From NCBI GenBank assembly GCA_028023455.1, contig JAQFVV010000005.1, positions 12,710,001 to 12,774,000 of the forward strand: DNA of 64,000 nt, read 5' to 3'. This stretch comes from Epiperipatus broadwayi (taxonomy: Eukaryota > Animalia > Onychophora). Shown here in pieces: positions 24,081 through 38,754 of this stretch (position 1 is the first letter of the stretch; every line of letters starts with the position of its first letter). The notes beneath the pieces are model-generated. The model saw only the letters and a list, made by a program, of their open reading frames with translations, ran no database searches and was not told where the DNA came from. The position numbers and the translations under genes are program-made.

Positions 24081-25681
24081 AAAAATGACTTTTATAAAAA
24101 AAATTTAGTAAGATTCATTAAACAGTGACTTTTAGCTGATGATTTATGTTTGTTTTACTCTAGTATTGTTGATGGATGGAGGGATTTTGTCATTGGCATG
24201 AGGATGCAGGGTGCTCATGTAGTTTCTCTGCACTGTATCTACCATAGTTGAAAGTCCAAGGTTCATCAAAATTAGTCCCTAAGTCTCAAAAGCACAAGAA
24301 TTGGTATCAGATCTTCTACTGTGGATATTACAATGGACAGAACTGTGCCATGGGTCATAAGCTCCTTAAACTCAATATATTTTCAAGTGAGCAAAACTTC
24401 ATTATGCCAAAAATTTAGGTTTATTATACCTTTTGGGTTGTAAGCTGCATGTTGTGCTTAAAGTGAAATAGATCTCTGGTGTTCATGTTGCATTATGTAT
24501 TTATGAACTGTGATTGAATTTTTCTATCTATCATAGTGTTAAAGTCAATATTCATATCTTTTGCTCGTTGAAGGTCATCCCAATCTCCAATAAGTAAAAA
24601 AACAAATTAATCATGACTAAAAATAAATATCAAGATAGCCCAGAGAGACATAATAACACTAGCTGATACCTCAGTAAAAGAAAATAGAAAATCATAATGA
24701 TAAAAATAACTGTGCATGAGAAAATTAATATTAAAGTAATGTGAAATGAAATTGGTTGAGGCAAATGCATGTTCTCATTACAGTTTGACGCAATTTCATT
24801 CCCCATGTTGAATGGGAATATTGCAGCCATCTACAAGCACCAATTCTAAGAATAAAGAAAGAACAATAAAGAATAATAGCATTTTCATTTATTCTAAATA
24901 CTCAGTAGACAAAGAGTTAGGTTTTATTCCAGTAGTTGTGTGTATGAGTGTCTTATCAATTTCTCTTAAACAAATATTTATGTGTATAGTAAAACAGAAA
25001 GTAAAACAGATTTCAAAACAAATCAAAGTTATTAAAGTTATTAATTATATGATAAAATTCTCAAGTTATTTAAATTTCATTTATATAAATGTGGGTTTGT
25101 TTTGAAATAAATTTGGATTATCAAAAAAGATGTTTTTCTTACTTTTTCATTTTCCTTTCTTATTTTTAATTATGAATCGTTATCATCTGTTTTCTTTCCT
25201 ATATTTTTGAAAAACATGCCATTGATAATGTTTGAAAAGGGGTTTCTAAGCTGTTTTTTAAAAATATGACATTAGGATAAGACTGAGATAAAGTTTGGAT
25301 GGAGGTTAATAATTTATCTAGAAAAAGACTTTGACAATAATTTTAATAACAAAATACGTGTTGCTGGTAGAGAGGACAAACTAGAAAATTTTACTGTGAA
25401 AGCCATATTGAACAGCATATCTTGGAATTTAAGCACAAAATTATAAGTAAATCATGAAGATTGCTGTTATTATTTTAAATGCATGATGGCATCATATGTA
25501 TGTGACTTAACTCTCACCAGAATGGCTTACTAAAAGCTTCAGTGGCCCATCTCTTGGCTGGCATAACTTCTCCATAAAGAATGAAATAATATTATCCAGT
25601 CTTTAAGTGAAAGGATACCATAGCATAAAGAAGAAAGTATAATTGTTCCATTTCAGCTCTATTTATTAATTTTATCTATTT

Positions 25682-25704
25682 TATATATATATATATATAT
25701 ATAT
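25682..25704. repeat. (TA)n microsatellite
   Basis: Direct reading. Confidence 0.9.
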
Positions 25705-26554
25705 CATTCACCCAAGCAGAAAAAGAAGAAAATCTACTGATGCCTGCCAATTGCACAACCAAAACTATGACAAACACCCATTCAGTTACAATATATATAT
25801 TTCAATTTTATCTGTATATGGACTTAATATATTATATTGATATTTTAGTTGGATTATACCTATAGCAGAAATCATTCAAGTGATGGTTTCAGTATCTTTG
25901 CAATCATCACTTCAATGGTAGGCATAATATGGTGAAAATATCAATACAATATTGATATTAATAACAAGCAACCTAATACACGGCTCAATCCAAGATGAAT
26001 GTTTTCTTTCAAATATGAAATTCTTCATTGTATATATATATGTGTGTATTAAAATGAAAGTCTTGATCTTTCTGTGTGGATGCTTGTTTTGGTATTATGC
26101 ACTAATATTTTAATTGAATTTCATTTTTTATCATCTGGGCAGTAAGAATGGAACTAAAGCTATTGCTTTAATACATATGGATTGAACTAAAAACTCTATT
26201 TACTCATGAACATGCATGCATACACATATATCTAATAAATGATTTCTTTTCTTCATGTTGTCCATTATCATTATTGTAATATCAGAATTTATAATGATGG
26301 ATAATCCTACAAAAGTAATCCACACCAGATTAAACAAAACTTTATTCAATACAGCCAATAAATAAATAACATGAGGTAGAATTATTTCTACTCACTCTAA
26401 CATTCTTATGAATAAATCAAATATATAATATTAAAAATATAACTCTGTCAAATCCAATTACATACTTGTTGATTTTCTAACAAATAAGAGTGAGTCAATG
26501 ATACCGACAGCATATGGGTAATGAAATTCCTTCTGTTCTTATATATGTAATAAT

Positions 26555-26581
26555 TATATATATATATATATATATATATAA
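26555..26581. repeat. (TA)n microsatellite
   Basis: Direct reading. Confidence 0.9.
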
Positions 26582-28146
26582 TTTAGATTTAGAGACATCT
26601 ACACCAATAATATATAATAAAATGTAATTAATTAGAATGTTTGATGCAAAGATCATGATAGAAAGTTCTTTATTAAAACTCTACAAAGCTTACTTTATAA
26701 ATGATTTCCATATCAAAGACAATTCCAATATTTTCATGTCATAATCATGATATTTGTTAATCTATTAAGCTTTAGAAATAAGGTTTATGATTTATTAAAA
26801 ATTCAAATTCTGATTTTTGCCATATTCACTTAAATGCTTTGAAAATGATTATACTTTTAAATGTATGAGGGAAATCAAAATTTGGGCTCTAAAATAACAC
26901 AATATATGCATTTATATAATAGGGTCAAAAAAAGTTCCACTTTTTAGGACATGAAATAGAAATGACTTGAAAGTATTAATATTATTTATGAAAAAGAATT
27001 TGAAAAGTTAAGGAGACATAGTTCATTATTAATTTAAAATGTGATGAACCAACACTACAATAATATTAAAATAAGAAAAATTGGTATTTGAATTTCTAAT
27101 AAAGTATAAATCTCATTCAGAAGGCTTGCAGATAGAAAATGAAACTCTACTTTCATCTTTTTTATGCTATTTTAAATAAATTGTAACTCGGACATTAGTA
27201 AATAATAGGGAACTTAAATTATATTTAGAAGATGGAAAATGGAATTCAATTTTCTATCTATTTGTAATATAGTTTGATTATCATTGTTGAGACATAGCTA
27301 GATATTGCAAACATGGTTTGATATAAAAATGATTTCATATACAAAGAGTTATTACTGTTATAGTTCTGTGTAGAATGAAAGTTTTAGGTCCAGTATAGCC
27401 AGAAAATTGGCAATTTAACCAGAGAAACATTTTATTAGTGGTTTTGATGATTACTCAAGATTCACACTATTAAAAATAATAAGAATAGTTCCATTATTTA
27501 CTTTACTTATTCTTAAATGCTTATTAATAGATGTTACTATGCATGCAATGTAGATTGAAATTGTAAATTAGTTCTAATACATTGAAAAGGGCAATTATTG
27601 TTATTATATATATATATATATTGCTGTTATATAAAGATATTTTACATCATATGATTTATTTAATATATGAAAAAAGCAGCATAATGGATTAAACTTCTTT
27701 CCATTTTTGATGTTCGGCTAATATAATTATATATATATAGAAACAAAAATACAAAAACAGTCTTTAAATGATCAGTGCAGAGCAAACATCTTTCTAATTT
27801 TTTAGAAAAAAAAAAGAGTGAAAAAGAATTTATTCCCTAAACTAGCAAACTGTCATATGATTAGAATATAAAGATTATATTGTATAGATAAATCTTTTAT
27901 CAACCAATACTGAGTGGTCAACTGATCACTTAAAGAACTATCCCAACCCCATTTAGAATCTGAAAAAATGTATGTTAACCTGATTTGAGATCGAATTCCA
28001 AGTCATGGCATGAATATACATTAATTACAATGTCACAAAACTTTTTATATAATTATATATGCAATATAATTCTTAAAAGTTAGTATATAATGCAAAAACT
28101 CAACAAATGCAAATATTATTGGACATATTGCATATAACAAACTTAC

Positions 28147-28315
28147 GATCTGATCTTCTTTTATTAGACAGTGGATTATTAGGATGAACATTAAGTGTAT
28201 GAGAAGAAAGAGACCAACTTCCAAGTAATTCACCCTTTTTTATGAGTGGTGATAAATCATTCCGACGTTTTCTTTTTTTCCCATAAGATGGTTGCATATC
28301 TGAACCACATCTAGC
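28147..28315 (-). CDS. Post-ZP exon with furin cleavage site
   Basis: tattgtag|GCTAGA...TCAGATC|gtaagt; phase 0-1; ARCGSDMQPSYGKKRKRRNDLSPLIKKGELLGSWSLSSHTLNVHPNNPLSNKRRSD. Confidence 0.9.
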
Positions 28316-29603
28316 CTACAATAATAATAAAAAAATTAATACAAAATTATATTTTAAAGCCCCTTTTCAATTTTAAGATTTTATGACTTTTATTTCATAC
28401 ATGATAAAAATAATCATTAGAATGTTTTCTCTGAGTTAGACAATTTCTGAGTGAAAATTATCCTAAAAGAGAAAGTGGATCCAGAATTAGTGCTACTATT
28501 GGGTTAACTAAGCACCCATCTAAAATGCAGATCTCAATAAAGAGCACAGTAGTAACATAGTGACAATTTTATACAAACTGTTTGTTTTGTACTTTTTATT
28601 TATTTATTTTCTAAAAAACATGTTTTTAAAAACAAAAAAAACACCATATGACTTCCACAACACTTTCAAATAAATCAATTTCTCCTACTCTGGTTCTGTC
28701 AATAACCTGAGGGATATAGATGGAACAGTTCTGGATAGAGATTTATTGAACAGTGCCATCTAGCACCAAATTATTATTCAAGCTTTGCAATTGAAACTAG
28801 AACTAAAGTATGAGAAATTGATTTGCTACTTAAATATATTGTATATGCTGGGGTCACACGATATTTTGTTGGTTTTATGTCAAACCTGACTAAACAATTT
28901 AAATGTATGATTACTAAAAAATTAAATCATTAAAATTAAGATAGTCAACTGATGTCAGATCTATCTAACTTTCCAAGTAAGTTAGTTTAGATTCAAAATA
29001 CTGACATTTTTGATTTTCAGAATAATAGCATGATAATAAAAAAAATGCAAACAATGATTGCTTGAAGAAAGATTCATTACACCCAAAAGTTCATAAGTTC
29101 TAGATGCAGATTCAAAATTCTTAATTCCATGAAACTGTTCTGGAAATATAAATAGGATGGTTTTTGATTATTCAAGCTTACCCTGTGTGGCAGAACTGGA
29201 TTAAAAGAAATTGATTTGCCATTTAACATGTATTCTTAAAAATCAAAATTGGCAATTTCAGGAGACAAGGAATAACTGGTAGCCTTGATGAATTAAGGGT
29301 AACCAATGTTCACTAGATTTAAACTGTTTGGAATACTTTCTATTTAAATAAGATTTGTACTTATTACATTTCTTAACAGTTCATTACTCACATTTTTTAT
29401 TATGCACTTATTAATACCTCCATAAATCTTAGCAGAGATTTTTTATACAAGAGTCAAATTATGGTTAATTGTTTCTCATTTGCATTTAAATGTATAATTA
29501 ATATATGTAAATTTTCTAGAGTAGTTTAACACAATAAAGAGAATTTATTCAGAACTGTCAGCATGTATTTACATAGTAAAAATAATCATGTTTATTTACA
29601 TTC

Positions 29604-29612
29604 ATATATATA

Positions 29613-29652
<40 letters not shown>
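29604..29652. repeat. (TA)n microsatellite
   Basis: Direct reading. Confidence 0.9.
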
Positions 29653-29654
29653 CA

Positions 29655-31250
29655 TGCTCAGACAGTCCATTCCTCCAACCTACTCTAGAAATAAAGCTCT
29701 TATTCATATAGTAATTCTTTAATTTTTCAGGTTTTATATATATATAAGCTTTTCTAGAGAGGTCTTTGTTCCTCTTCTTGTAAAATTATAGTCCCTTTTG
29801 ATTTTAGCTCCCTTAATGTATCATGATCTTCAACTGGTTCAATGGTTTGATTCCTTATTGAATCATTTATTATACCTGGATCAATATTGATAGTTTGACC
29901 CTCTTTATTTTCAATAAACTGTTCATCATCATTTGCTGACTTAACATTAATACTATTGGCATCTGGTGACTCACTTTCATGAAGTCTTAAAAGGTTTATA
30001 TGCACCTAAAATATTTATCCATTATCACTTTTTGCTCCTGGAAGCCATTTATTTTTTAAAGCATTGCATATCCAGACACTTTCTTTTACTTTAAAATGTT
30101 CATAATCCATGGAGTCTTGTAAATTTTCATTAGGCAATAATTTAGAAATATGAGTATGGAATTTTGTGTGCATTAACAATTTGACCGGTGTCTTATTTAC
30201 TAGCTGTACACAAAGTTTTGGGAAAACATTGCATCTAATAATATTTCCATAATATCCTTGTGGCAAGTTTTATTCAATATAGACTTTAAGTGTTGAATTG
30301 TCTTTGTCATGAAACCATTAAACTCAATATGATATGATGTGTTAAGAAGGTGGCATATTCCCTTATCATCTAGATAATCCTTAAATTGTAAGATGCAAAG
30401 TCAGTCCTTACAATAGCCTTGAGATAACCATGATTTACAAAGATCTCTTTCAGTGCTCTAATGGTACTCTCAGCATTAGTGTTTTTGATAAATTTATATT
30501 TCATCCACTATGTTCTTTGGACAAGCTTAAACCAGGTGAAGGCATTTCCAGGGCTGAATTGATTTATGGGCAACACCTGGATAACCTTGATGAAGCAAGC
30601 ACATGCTTAGATGTAAATAGGTCTTTACTTTTTGAAAGGTTATATCCTGTTCTTCAGACCAGGTCCAATGTCACTTTTTCAATAATTTATACAAATGGTG
30701 ATAACACATGAGACTTTCATTTAAGAAAGCTTTTGGAGTTCAAGAGATCTAAATATATTTGTAATCCTTTTCTATTTTTAAGTCACTCAGCAATTTTTAG
30801 TTTTTACTTTAGCTTCCAACTGTACTCTCTTAGTAATGTTTATATGAATTCCTAATGGCCAGAATCGATTTTTTCCCTAGTAATAGGCTAAAATCTTTAT
30901 AGATCATGTACAGTAATATAAATTTAATTCTAGAATTTAATTACCATGTACAGTTACTTTTCCACACATATCTTATTTCCCTTCATATATGTAGCAATAC
31001 CATCAGTTTTCATGAGTAATGTTTTCTTCTTAGATTTATTGTTAATTTTCATCCAGTCTTTATAATAATGACAGACACTTCACTGTCTACTTCCATGATA
31101 ACTTTCTGCTCAAATATTTTCATGTCCATTAGAATATGATCATTATTCATATCATTTAATACAATTTTTACTTCTTATTCTCACTCAGATTTATAGTCTG
31201 GCATTAATTTTGTTTTAACAATTCTGTCTTTATTGCAACAGACAGTAACT
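29655..31250 (-). mobile_element. Second Mag-like gypsy remnant, internally deleted (RT connection fused to integrase)
   Basis: SHVLSP...KDLFTSKHVLA, then STIRALKEIFVNHG...KDYLDDKGICHL..SYH..NG..TIQHLK; PPT AGAGTAGGTTGGAGGAATGGAC followed by TG at 29664, resembling the PPT of the 4328-13300 element. Confidence 0.78.
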
Positions 31251-33110
31251 AAATGTTCTGTTGTTTTGCAAATATTGTGTTTCTAATTTCTAAGTAGTTA
31301 TTGTGAAAACAGTTTTTGCACTCTTGCAGTCTGATCTATCAGTATGTTTGCTAATAAAGTTTAATGCATGATGCATTTTTCTACTAAACATTTATAACTA
31401 AAATCTAGTTCACTTAATAATACTTTTCTAAAATGCTGTTAACTTAATGTATTAGCATATATCAGTGGTGTGATTGATATATGCCATGATTCCAGTGAAT
31501 AGCATCATAAACAAGTGTATAAGGCCATTACATCATCTACCAATCCTATGATCGGCAAAAATAACATTATTATTTGAGTCTCAAGCACCAATCTATTCAG
31601 GACAATTGTTTCTAGGTCTACAATAAAGACCTGGGCAGGATATAGTCTGCAATGATCCTATATTTTTTTTGCATGGCTAGTATGAATACTTTATACTTGT
31701 TTTCAAAGGGCATGATCATATTTATTATCTTGACTATTACCCTTCGGATTATATTTTACAATTTACATTAAACCATATTTTATTCCTATTTTCAAATATA
31801 ATTGCTTCCAAAAAATGTATCTGTGAGATTAACTATTTTGTAACACCCCCATATACTTTATTTGTTTACTGATCATCATCTACTCCGCATACTAATAAAT
31901 ATGTTTTAGTTAGCTTCATCAGAGAAGCTATGTCATAACATTCTAAATTTTAAACATAAATCAAATACTTGCCTGACAGATGAGACATCATTGATAAATG
32001 AGACTTTTTTAAACAATAACAATTTATTAATATTCAAAAAAATTTAACAAAATAAATTAACTTTTCTACCCTCACATTTACAAATATACATAATAAAAAA
32101 ATATTTTAGGACAGCTCAGTACATGAATGACCTAATTTGTTTTTCTTAATTTTGTTTAGGTACTTCAACTTGACTGATGTCGAGGTTTCAGAGTTAATAA
32201 CATGAGAATAAATTTTATAATATATAAAACCATTTTTTATAGAGTTAGATTAATGTTCTTAAAGACACATATGTTAAAATAAAATTGAGAAAAAAATCTC
32301 TTCACAAAATTAAATCAATTTTGCCAATTATTACCAAAATTAATAATTATTCAAAATAAATCAATTTAAACAATCTTATTAAATTTTTGTTGAGCTCAAC
32401 ATTGACACAGTCTTTCCCTTCTCAATTTAATGTTGAGGAGGTCTCTATTGCTGAAGTAACTGGAATTTGTTTCCTTGTCATGACTTTATATAATTTTCAG
32501 CTTACTTAAGAATATCAGGTAGATATTTTATATATTGGTTTACTCTTTGGTACAACTCTTAATTTCTGGTCTGTTGTTTTCAATAGATATTACAGACAAT
32601 TAATTGTAGTGATGGCAGACAATCCCAACAATGATAGGTATTAACTAGATATCTATTTTAGAAATTCTTTAATCATGTCACTGTATCAAAAGGCTACATT
32701 CTGGAAGATGTGGAGCAAACATCCCTATGGGAACTCTACTCAGGCATGGTGATTCTTACATAAATTTGGGGAATAGTATAAATGTCCCTTTTTATAGTTG
32801 ATTAGCATGATCAAAGCTACAACAGCAAATGAATAAAACAATAAAAAACGAACCTTTTATACCCATATTCTCTTATTGACTGTGGATTATCAGCTAATAT
32901 TTTGAAAATAATTAATTTTTATTTTTGAATTATAATAACAAAAAAAATTTTTTACTTCAATATTTTGCTTTGATTTCTTACATTGTACAGATAAGATAAA
33001 ACAAATGTATTTTAAAACTGATATTCAGAACCAAAGATTTTAATCTGTTCTATTTATCTCACTAATCCTTTAGTTTATAATTAATTAAACTAAAAATTTT
33101 ATCTCAATAT

Positions 33111-33160
33111 CTTTGATTTAAGTGAAACAAAATTTCTTTGATTTAAGTGAAACAAAATTT
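33111..33160 (+). repeat. 25-bp tandem duplication
   Basis: ctttgatttaagtgaaacaaaattt x2. Confidence 0.9.
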
Positions 33161-34437
33161 CATTGCTTTAAATTTTTAATTAATTCTTTTCTTTTCCAAT
33201 ATATTTTTATTAAAGTTAACTTTATTATATCTTTATATTTTCTTTTAAATTAATTCTTTTTAATTATTTCCTGATTAAACTTTAATAAATTTAAAATATA
33301 TAGCAATTCTTTTTTATTTTTAAATATTAAAACTAGCTAAGATATTATTAATCTTAACTTTCCCTTAGCTTTTATATTTATTTATTGGGGAAAAAATAAC
33401 AAACACAGTTATGTGTGGTCTGTTGTATATATATTTATTGGGTTGTTTGTGCAACTCATGACAGAGACTACAATATAAACATAAGCTTACTGGTACAATA
33501 ATAATAATTCGTCTTCCTGCTATGTCTTTGATCTGTATTTTAGTCTTAGCTAAGTAAAAGTAAAAAAATTTTAATAGATGTAAAAAAATTTTTAGTGGCC
33601 TTTAGCCAACCCACCTAACTGTCTAATATTAATCAGTAAATGAATATTTAGTCATTTTCAGCTAGAATAAAAAGAAGATTAATAGATTGTTCAATTCCTC
33701 ATTATTCAGCAATCAGCAAATTTGATGAATATAGCCTTCCCTTCATTGTTCTATGTGGAAGTACTGGAGAGACTTTCAATATGCTGTGAATTATTTAAAA
33801 AATCTTTACCAATATATATCAAATAATATAAACATTGTGCTTTATTTTCACATGTCTCCCAAGATAAATTCAATGTGGGACATGACTTTAAAGTAACCAT
33901 ATATCCTAATGCACTATTATTTTTCTGCATATCTAATGATAATGATAATAAACCATCAATTGTCTCAAAATAACTTCACTATTAAAGCTACTATATATTT
34001 TTAATGCTAGAAATTACTGCATTTCTTTAATTTTACATTAAAAATAACATATATCTTTTTTCTTTTTTAAAAAAAATCACATATATTTTAATCTTTAATG
34101 TTAAAAAAATGTTAATACTTTCTAACATTTAAAATATATATCAGATTTAATACATAATTTTGAAGAGAGGTCAGCTCCAATTATTGTGTGTAATACATTT
34201 TTTTACCACAGCAAAATGTTTAAGTTGTTTGAGAAATGTCTTTAATAAAAATGGTGTTGTAATGTGGAATTGTAAAATGGTCACATGTTAATAACAAGTT
34301 AATTGATATGTTTAATACCTGTATTAAAAAATGTAATTAATTATTTAAAAATATACTCTGACAAAATAATAGTTATAAATTAGATACATAATTAAGCACC
34401 CATATAAATCTATAACAATTTTGAATAAACAGCAAAC

Positions 34438-34712
34438 ATCACATGATCACCATTTCTTGTGTTTTCAATTTTATTCTCATAGTATAAAAGGTGGCTGCTG
34501 AAAAGTTGCATTAGATCCTAAGATCTAGGTACAGTGCTCTCAGATCCAAGGCTCCTCACTGACGAAGACCACAAACCAGAAATTAGTCTGGGGATATTGG
34601 ATGAGTAGGCATTAGATGGGGATTTTATACACAAGCCTTCTGGCATCCAATGATTACTCTGGCTTGCACTGAATGGCACTACTGTATGGAGAGTTTTGCC
34701 TGTTTTAATTTT
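34438..34712 (+). mobile_element. Penelope-like non-autonomous repeat with inverted 5' tail and hammerhead motif
   Basis: Starts with the inverted terminus catcacatgatcaccatttctt; body colinear with 21199-21431. Confidence 0.72.
34553..34594 (+). ncRNA. Minimal type I hammerhead ribozyme motif (helix II decayed)
   Basis: TCCTCA-CTGACGA-AGACCACAAACCA-GAAA-TTAG-TC-TGGGGA; both core boxes intact, helix II mismatched. Confidence 0.6.
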
Positions 34713-36888
34713 GAATAACATTAATTTAACTTATCCTTTCAAATGGCATTATTAGATGGGGGGAAAAAATCAATCAATGTTTGTTAATCTTATATTTCAG
34801 TCATAATCAGTATCATCATAATCATCCACCAGCACAAAAAAATCATACTACCCTCTCTCATTATGCTTGCATTTCATGAATAAACTTCATATATCATATA
34901 AAGAAATCTTTAATATGAATGACAAAATATTATTTAAAAACTTTATATTAATAATTACTTAAAAAGATTATTAGATTATATCTTCAGGTTATCAATAATA
35001 AGTCAGCTAATTTCAGCATTAAATAGCAATTAGAAAGTCATGTGATGATGTTATTATACATGCACTTTGCCCTTTCCACATACATATTGTACATCTAATT
35101 TACTACATGATTGCTCTTTTTTGTATTTATTACTAAAAACATTGAAATTTTAAACAGATTTTATTCTTCTATTCTGACCCCTTGTAAGAACATATAAATC
35201 ATCTTCAGGGATATTATCTTATGATTAAATAAACATATCAAAATAATGAGAACATCAAAATCAGACTTTTATTATTACTTCTACAAATATTATCACATAC
35301 AAATTTTTTATATATTATAAACATTTTTATTATTAAAATTATTAAATTTGGTATTAAATTTTTAATTTATCTTATTTTCATTTATAAATTATAACTAAAT
35401 TTATTGTTTATCATGTTTAAAATTTTATGAAACCTTTTCAGTTCAATTTTTCAAAATATGCTGAATTGAATATTTATAGAATATTTTTGGAGCATTGCTC
35501 TCTTTTGATCATTCATAATATTATTTATATAATCAGATGTACCCAGTCTATATGTTTTTTTTAATTGGTTGATTTAACAATTTTTTTTAAAGATTTAATG
35601 TAAATTAAAAGATTTTAATATTATATAAATAAATTTGATAAATGTAACTGGCCTGAAAGACTCATTTTTGTATTATAGTTTATTAATGGGGAATTATTTT
35701 TTTGTAATGTCGATTGCTTTAACAATTTTTTTTTTGCTTTGCAAAAGTACGTTATATTTGATATGCGAATTTGACAGTCTTACAGATAACTATTGATGGT
35801 AGATTTACTTCCTTCACATAAAATACTCTTCATAATGTGGACAAACGTAATATTTTTTTTAATTGTTTGTGAATTTGACACATGACAGCATTACAAACAA
35901 ACATTCATTCACCAATCAGACAACAGAGAAAATAGGGATTTTATATATAAGATTAAAATATCACATGACCACCTTTTCTTAATGTAGCTTGCACTAGGGG
36001 TGGCACTACTGTATAAAGAAATTTGCTCCTGTTTTAATATTAATATTCATAAATCTATTTTTTCATATATAAATATATTATTTAAACAAAATATAAATAT
36101 TTATCTCTACCAATATAAAGGCAAAAATTATATTTATATATAATAATTCTTTAATAGCTTTTTCTTTATAATTTTTTAACAAATTCAATCATTTCTATAG
36201 TATAATTATAATGTTTGTTTTTTATCTTATATTTATCAAATACTGATTTTTTTGTCATTTAAAAGTTGTTGTAATCTGGTATGAATATATATTTAAACAA
36301 ATAGAATGTAAAATGGAAAAATTGTGATTTTAACCAAATACAATGAAAATTTTAAGCAAGCAGTATTTAAAAATCTATTAAACCAAAAAAAAAATAAAAA
36401 GAAAAAGAAAACTTTCAATCAAGATTTCTGATATTCAATGGTTGTATTTTTCAAATAATATTAGTCTTAATATATTTAAATTATAATACTGCTAACAAAG
36501 AAAGATATTTTATACATTACATCTAAAGCCATTATAAGAACAATTGTTTATATAAACAAAATGAAAATGACTATTTAAAAAGCTTTCAAAAAATCTCATA
36601 TATATTGCATCTATAATGGCATTAAAAGATCAAGTAAATAATACTTGAAAATAAATGAAGACTTTTGCTAACAGCTACAATAATAATAATAATAGTCAAA
36701 ATATTACACATTTGAAAAACAAGTATTTCACTTTTTTATGCATGCATGTGCAAAGATATAAAATTAAAACTTTTAGTTTCAAGTAATTTTAGAGTGACTT
36801 AGTCCAAAATTTCTTGCTCTCTCTCTCTCTTTCACATGCACTTTCTTTTTGTGTATACATCAAATTTATATGTAGACATTGAACTTAC

Positions 36889-37039
36889 TGCTAGACAAGA
36901 TCCATAGCAAACAGCAATATTGCAATTAAAATTCAAGCCTTTTGTACCACTAAATTTAAATGCATAAAATGTAGCAGTTAAATAGCCATAATCCGGATGA
37001 TATGCCCACTCACTAAATAAACTCCTATCAGTTGAACAT
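36889..37039 (-). CDS. ZP-C exon
   Basis: tattttcag|ATGTTC...CTAGCA|gtaagt; phase 2-0; CSTDRSLFSEWAYHPDYGYLTATFYAFKFSGTKGLNFNCNIAVCYGSCLA (GC..D, AFKF and CxIxxCxxxC motifs). Confidence 0.95.
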
Positions 37040-38479
37040 CTGAAAATAAAAATTATTGCAAACATTAAGTAGAATTAAACAAAAAAAGTCCATTAAATTA
37101 GTTGTAAATTAAAAAAAAAATTATTTAAAAATGAATACATAAAGAGATTAACAGCAGTTATATATCATTTATGAACAATTCAATGAGAATGATTCAGGCA
37201 TCAGGTAAACTTCATGCATCATTCATTTTGTTGTTAGGAAATTGGTGACTTTTTAATGTCTTCAATTATTGTGTAATGCTCAGTTTTTGATGGGCAGATT
37301 TGATTATCTTCATATGAAGATAGCACTTAGTTCTTATCTTGATAATATTCATCATTATCATCATTTCCAGTTGTTATTGATTTTTTTGCAAAATGAAGAT
37401 TTCTCCAGGCTTAATCCAGTTACTCTGATCCCATAGCCTCTGAGATTTAAATTCAATTTCAGCTAATATTGTTAAAACTATTAACAATCACTAGCTACTA
37501 AGTCTCCTATTTACTAATAATCAAGTAACTATAAAGTGTTTGATTTACTTTTGCTGATGAAAATGTTTATTGAGTATTGCTTTAAAGTATTCAAAAACAT
37601 ATTAACAATAATAATTGTAATCACATGGCACAATATACAAATCATTATAGTCAGCTACCAAATTTTGGAAACTGAGTTCTATAATCAAAAATACTTCTTA
37701 GATCAATGCATTTCTGTACATGTAAATGGTCTGGTATAACTCACCAGCAGAATTTTTAGAAGTCATTTCTCATTAATGCATTAACAACATTCAAAAATAT
37801 TTGCACCTCATAATCCTCACTAAAATACGTATTCAATTTGCTTGGCCCCACGTATGTCTATGTAGAAAGTGTCCAGAAGATATGATCCATTTATTCAAAA
37901 TATATACATACTTTGCATAAATCAGACTATTTATCTTTCATAAACAGTCAATCAGACAGAAGATGCTATTACATACTTGGGTCAAAACATCTGTACATTA
38001 CTATTATGATCTTTATCTTCTCAGAATAATGCAACAACATAATTTTTTACTTACAATAAAAATATAATAAGCTTAGAGAATGTTTTACACATAGCAAACA
38101 TATGTGTGTGGTCTTAAATTAATATAATAAAAAAAACTACTAAAACATGACCATCAACATATCTTCTCTAATTAAGTGATCTTGCAAGCTCTATATTTTT
38201 CAATCTTTCTTCTGATTTTTATTAGATTTATATTTTTGTAGAATATTTTTTATTTATTTGAGTTTCTATATCATTAGCTACACTTTTGCTACATTTTAGA
38301 TATGTTAAGATTAGTCATTTCAAGGATAAGTTCATTCTAAATTGAAAACTTCTATAAATATTTTATATACTTTGTTATTTTTTTTTTTAAAAAGAAATAA
38401 AAACACATTACTTGTCAATAAACTTCTTTAATCAAGAAAGATATCAAAAACTTTTATTTTGCTAATTAATGCAGGGCTG

Positions 38480-38720
38480 CAGAAAGAAGTTCACTGTTAT
38501 CTGAAAAGAGACCTTTTGATTCCTCTTTGAGACCATATGGAAACGGAGCAAGGCAATTTATATTTCTCCATACGGCTGCTCACCAACATACACCACCAAT
38601 GTGGTGAGTTTATTGTTTTTTTACCTCTGAGTTTCAAATCAAGAAACTGATCTTTCTTTTTAGTTGCTTGACAGTTCTTAACTAAAATATCAGCTGAGTT
38701 TTTGTGAAAACAAAAAAAAA
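38480..38720 (-). mobile_element. Decayed LINE RT fragment (homologous to 2660-2960)
   Basis: ORF 38497-38733 DILVKNCQATKKKDQFLDLKLRGKK..CMLVSSRMEK; DNA similarity to 2880-2940. Confidence 0.45.
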
Positions 38721-38754
38721 TGTATGTGTACACATGTCATAAACAAAATTAAAT

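Noticed and set aside
24630-24830. Hydrophobic minus-strand ORF as the TM exon of the ZP gene
   Set aside because: Needs a phase-0 acceptor while the upstream exon ends in phase 1; 20410-20630 fits the phase and is a better TM exon; likely the antisense of A-rich DNA.
27905-27959. Extra exon after the furin-site exon (acceptor tttttcag at 27960)
   Set aside because: No convincing donor, and the protein is complete without it.
35690-35955. Helitron/Helentron-like non-autonomous element
   Set aside because: Only a general resemblance of the 3' end; no second copy in the window and no defined termini.
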